Below are positions 60,616 to 64,000 of a DNA stretch of 64,000 bases, one piece after another. This DNA comes from Betaproteobacteria bacterium (GTDB lineage Bacteria > Pseudomonadota > Gammaproteobacteria > Burkholderiales > JACQAP01): positions 6,838-70,837 of the forward strand of contig JANLTJ010000232.1 in assembly GCA_031362885.1 (NCBI GenBank). Reading direction: 5' to 3'. Position 1 is the first letter of the stretch. Each line of letters begins with the position of its first letter. The notes under the pieces were generated by a model, which saw nothing but the letters and a program-made list of their open reading frames with translations, was not told the origin of the DNA and ran no database searches. Position numbers and translations under genes: made by a program.

Positions 60616-61502
60616 AACAACCGTAGATAAGTCCGGTTGATCGTTTCGCCCCAGAACAACGCAATCAGTCCGGCGGCGGCGAGGTAGGGGCCAAACGGAA
60701 TGGGCGTATTGCGGCCATGTCTGCTGAATACGATCAAAGCAATGCCGACGACTGCGCCCACCAGTGAGGAAAGCAGTATCACCACCGGAAGCATTTTCCA
60801 GCCGAGCCAGGCGCCAATGGCGGCGAGCAGCTTGAAATCGCCGTAACCCATGCCTTCCTTTCCAGTGGTGAGTTTGAACATCCAATATACCGACCAGAGC
60901 GAAAGATAACCCGCGGTGGCACCTATCACGGCCGATGCCAGCGGCACAAATCCGTTGTTCATGTTGATGAGCAGCCCTAGCCACAGCAAGGGCAGGGTTA
61001 TATCGTCCGGCAAAAGCTGCGTGTCGATGTCGATCACCGTGAGGGCGATCAGAGCCCAGGCGAAGAAAAGCGCTCCCGCCATCACCAGAGTAAATCCGAA
61101 GCGCCAGCCGATGTAGGCGGAGATCAGTCCGGTCAGCGCCTCCACGATCGGGTAACGGAGGCTGATTGGAGACTTGCATGCCGAGCAGCGCCCGCGCAGG
61201 AAAACATAGCTGAGCACGGGAATGTTCTCGTAGGCGCGGATCTTGTGCTTGCAGTTGGGACAGGTCGAAGCCGGGACCACGAGGTTGTAGCGTTGAGCAT
61301 TTACGCCACGTACTTTTTTTGCTGCATCCGGCTGGTCAGTGTGTTCGAGAATATCCGCGGCCTGACTATTCCATTCCCGCTCCAGCATCTTCGGCAGCCG
61401 GTGGATAACCACATTCAGAAAACTGCCGACAATCAAGCCTGCCATTGCGCACACCGAGGCAAGGATTGAGGGCTCATTCTGTAGTAGGTGGATGATCGAC
61501 AT
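60612..61502 (-). CDS. pilD: Prepilin peptidase/N-methyltransferase
   Basis: GSFLNVVIHRLP, two CxxC, IDIDTQLLPD, EGMGYGDFKL, PFGPYL. Confidence 0.96.
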   Translation of the reverse strand: MSIIHLLQNEPSILASVCAMAGLIVGSFLNVVIHRLPKMLEREWNSQAADILEHTDQPDAAKKVRGVNAQRYNLVVPASTCPNCKHKIRAYENIPVLSYVFLRGRCSACKSPISLRYPIVEALTGLISAYIGWRFGFTLVMAGALFFAWALIALTVIDIDTQLLPDDITLPLLWLGLLINMNNGFVPLASAVIGATAGYLSLWSVYWMFKLTTGKEGMGYGDFKLLAAIGAWLGWKMLPVVILLSSLVGAVVGIALIVFSRHGRNTPIPFGPYLAAAGLIALFWGETINRTYLRLF

Positions 61503-61543
61503 GAGATGGATTCTTGCTCGCCCTGTGCGTCAATCTTCGACAA

Positions 61544-61572
61544 CAAAGCGTCCGGCAAGGCCGGACGCTTTG
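61544..61572 (-). terminator. Hairpin/terminator downstream of pilC
   Basis: 13-bp perfect stem CAAAGCGTCCGGC/GCCGGACGCTTTG; minus-strand tail TTTGTTGT. Confidence 0.65.
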
Positions 61573-61589
61573 CCTACCGGGTGATAAAC

Positions 61590-62822
61590 CTATACCGCCT
61601 GACCCATCTTGAAAATCGGAAGATACATGGCGATGACCATACCACCGATCAATACCCCCAGCACAACCATGATCATTGGCTCCATCAGACTGGAAAGCGC
61701 GTCAACGGCATCGTCTACCTCCTGCTCGAAAAAGTCGGCAACTTTGCTAAGCATTCCATCGAGAGATCCGGATTCTTCGCCGATAGAGACCATCTGTAAA
61801 ACCATGTTCGGAAACACGTTGGTATTGGTCATGGCATTGGTCAGGCTTACGCCACCGCTTACCTCGAGTTGAATTTTCTTCGTAGCCTCGAAATAGACAA
61901 CATTACCCGCGGCACCGGCGACCGAATCCAGCGCCTCGACTAGTGGCACGCCTGCCGCGAACATCGTGGAAAGCGTACGCGTCCATCGTGCCATGGTCGC
62001 TTTTCGGATCAAGGAACCGAAGACCGGCAACCTGAGGACCATGCGGTCCATGACGTTCTGCATCTTGACCGAACGTTTCCAAGTGTAAAAAAAGAACCAC
62101 ACGCTTCCACCGACTACGCTGAAAATCAGCCACCACCATTGCACGAAGATATCCGAGATGGCCATGACGAACAAAGTCGGTGCAGGCAGATCGGCGCCGA
62201 AACTGGAGAACAGGTCCTTGAACGCCGGGATGACGAAAAGCATGATGATCGCCGTGATGATAAATGCCACCACGATAATCGATAGGGGGTAGAAGAGTGC
62301 AGCCTTGATCTTGCTCTTGATGGCAAGGATCTTTTCCTTGTAAGTCGCCAACCGATCAAGCAGGCTGTCCAGAATGCCTGCCTGTTCGCCAGCGCCCACC
62401 AGGTTGCAGAACAACGCGTCGAAATAGAGTGGGTATTTTCGGAAAGCCGCATTCAAGCTGTTGCCGGTTTCGACTTCGTTCTTGATATCCATGAGCAACC
62501 TGCCAACAGCCGGATTGGAATGGCCTTTGCCAACAATATCGAACGATTGTAGAAGCGGCACGCCAGCCTTCATCATGGTCGCCAGTTGGCGGGTAAACAA
62601 AGTGATGTCTTTGTCCTTTACCGAGCCACCCAGGCCGCCTCGCTGGCGTTTGACCTTCAGAACCGTAACTCCCTGGCGCCGTAGTTGGGACACCACGACG
62701 TTTTCACCGCCGGCGCGCATGTCGCCTTTGATCAGCTTGCCGGCCTTGTCCTTGCCTTCCCAGAGAAAGGTGTATTCCTTGATCTTGTCGCGTACTGCAT
62801 TTGCTGCGATAGCCATAGCCAT
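61590..62822 (-). CDS. pilC: Type IV pilus inner-membrane platform protein (T2SS F family)
   Basis: FTRQLATMMKAGVPL, GEQAG, GEESGSLD, AMYLPIF. Confidence 0.95.
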   Translation of the reverse strand: MAMAIAANAVRDKIKEYTFLWEGKDKAGKLIKGDMRAGGENVVVSQLRRQGVTVLKVKRQRGGLGGSVKDKDITLFTRQLATMMKAGVPLLQSFDIVGKGHSNPAVGRLLMDIKNEVETGNSLNAAFRKYPLYFDALFCNLVGAGEQAGILDSLLDRLATYKEKILAIKSKIKAALFYPLSIIVVAFIITAIIMLFVIPAFKDLFSSFGADLPAPTLFVMAISDIFVQWWWLIFSVVGGSVWFFFYTWKRSVKMQNVMDRMVLRLPVFGSLIRKATMARWTRTLSTMFAAGVPLVEALDSVAGAAGNVVYFEATKKIQLEVSGGVSLTNAMTNTNVFPNMVLQMVSIGEESGSLDGMLSKVADFFEQEVDDAVDALSSLMEPMIMVVLGVLIGGMVIAMYLPIFKMGQAV

Positions 62823-62955
62823 TCCTCGTCGCGTTATTCTGTGAGTCTCTGGTCAGGTCACCACTGACAACGAACCACCATCTACTCTATTGAGGATAAT
62901 GCACTGCTAAAAGTTTAAAGTAAAGATGGAAGTATGTCACAAATAGCCCTGATTT

Positions 62956-64000
62956 TTAGTCGTTATCCGGCGCCAGAAGGCGCACCGATCGGATCACGCG
63001 ATCCTGGGTCTGCAGCACTTCAATCGGGTAACCGGCCAGCCGCAAGCTGGTTCCTGGCTCGGGGATGTCCTGAAAATGCTCAAGAATCAGCCCATTCAGC
63101 GTCTTGGGTCCGTCTAGCGGAAATTTGTAACCCAGCTTGCGGTTCATGTCCCTCAGCAGGGTTCCGCCCTCGACAATAATGCTGCCGTCCTCCATGCGCC
63201 GGAACCGGGCCGTCTGCAGCGGAGACTGGGTTGTGAACTCACCAATGACTTCTTCCAGAATGTCCTCGAGAGTCAGCAATCCTTTAAGTTCGCCGTACTC
63301 GTCCACGACCAGACCGATGCGATCCTGTTTCTCCTGAAAATTCTGCAACTGGGTCAACAACGGCGTACCCATGGGAATAAAGTAAGGTTCTCGCAACACT
63401 TCGAGCAGGGTTTTGGAATTGATTTCTTCGCCTTCCGAGAAATTCAGCACTTTGCGCACATGCACAATGCCGATGATTTCGTCCAAGCGTTCCCGGAAGA
63501 CCGGCAGCCGCGCGTGATTGCTGTTCGCGATTTCCCGGCGAATTTCATCCGGTGGAGACTCGATATTGATAGCCTCGATCTGATTGCGTGGCGTCATCGC
63601 ATCTTCCACCGTGATCGATTCCAGATCAAACAGATTCAGCAGCATGTTTTGGTGTTTCTGCGGCAGAAAATTGCTGCCTTCCAGCACCAGCGTTCGCAAC
63701 TCCTCCATGGTCAAGGTATGCGTATCGTTGTTTCGCGGCTTGAGTCTCAGCGCCCAGAGCAGAGAGTGAACGAACAGGTTGACGAACCAGACCACCGGAT
63801 AGGCCAGTTTCAGCAGCGGTGTCAGAATATAGCTCGCCGGAAAAGCAATGCGTTCCGGATAACTCGCGCCCATGATCTTGGGAGTAATTTCGCTGAACAC
63901 CAGTATGAGAAACGTCACTGCCAGCGTTCCCAACGAAAGCGCCAGCCCGCTTTCTCCGAACAATCTGAAGGTGATTACGGCGACCAGTGCGGCCGCGGCG
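62956..64000 (-). CDS. HlyC/CorC (CNNM/CorB) family transporter, 5' end outside the window
   Basis: FSEITPK, CBS pair (MTPRN, VVDEYG, LEDILEE), CorC domain PKTLNGLILE. Confidence 0.92.
   Translation of the reverse strand, partial: AAAALVAVITFRLFGESGLALSLGTLAVTFLILVFSEITPKIMGASYPERIAFPASYILTPLLKLAYPVVWFVNLFVHSLLWALRLKPRNNDTHTLTMEELRTLVLEGSNFLPQKHQNMLLNLFDLESITVEDAMTPRNQIEAINIESPPDEIRREIANSNHARLPVFRERLDEIIGIVHVRKVLNFSEGEEINSKTLLEVLREPYFIPMGTPLLTQLQNFQEKQDRIGLVVDEYGELKGLLTLEDILEEVIGEFTTQSPLQTARFRRMEDGSIIVEGGTLLRDMNRKLGYKFPLDGPKTLNGLILEHFQDIPEPGTSLRLAGYPIEVLQTQDRVIRSVRLLAPDND

Noticed and set aside
58955..61179. Apparent long N-terminal extensions of yacG and coaE in the ORF track
   Set aside because: They overlap zapD and pilD in other frames; stop/start overlaps give normal starts at 59155 and 60615.
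62823..62955. Possible pilB 3' remnant (…RLTE*) upstream of pilC
   Set aside because: Similarity is too short to distinguish from chance.

Overview
GC-rich betaproteobacterial chromosome segment (Burkholderiales/Nitrosomonadales-like, inferred from gene order and two Bug/TctC genes). The left ~27 kb is accessory-rich. It holds a Y1/HUH (RAYT-like) tyrosine transposase bracketed by perfect 21-bp inverted repeats, abutting a truncated class II aldolase fragment. Next come a DUF4139 protein, an orphan catabolic operon (unknown protein, mandelate racemase family, crotonase family, Bug) carrying inverted 9-bp CACAGAG repeats, and DsbD/redoxin and beta-barrel genes behind sigmaE-like promoters. Then birA-coaX-SPOR, an ABCD-type transporter, rfaE2 and a di-iron protein. 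Finally, a CarH/LitR-type B12-binding MerR regulator lies divergent from a nine-gene operon resembling the furan-fatty-acid/singlet-oxygen cluster and ending in CPD photolyase. The right ~37 kb is housekeeping: yraP-gmhA-yraN-lpoA/rsmI, pyrC, rnpB, the full dcw cluster (mraZ to lpxC, with murB), dciA, M23 peptidase, secA, argJ, AAA ATPase, mutT-thiE fusion, yacG-zapD-coaE-pilD-pilC (no pilB) and a partial CNNM/CorB gene. All calls come from motif recognition and synteny by eye; no database searches were run.
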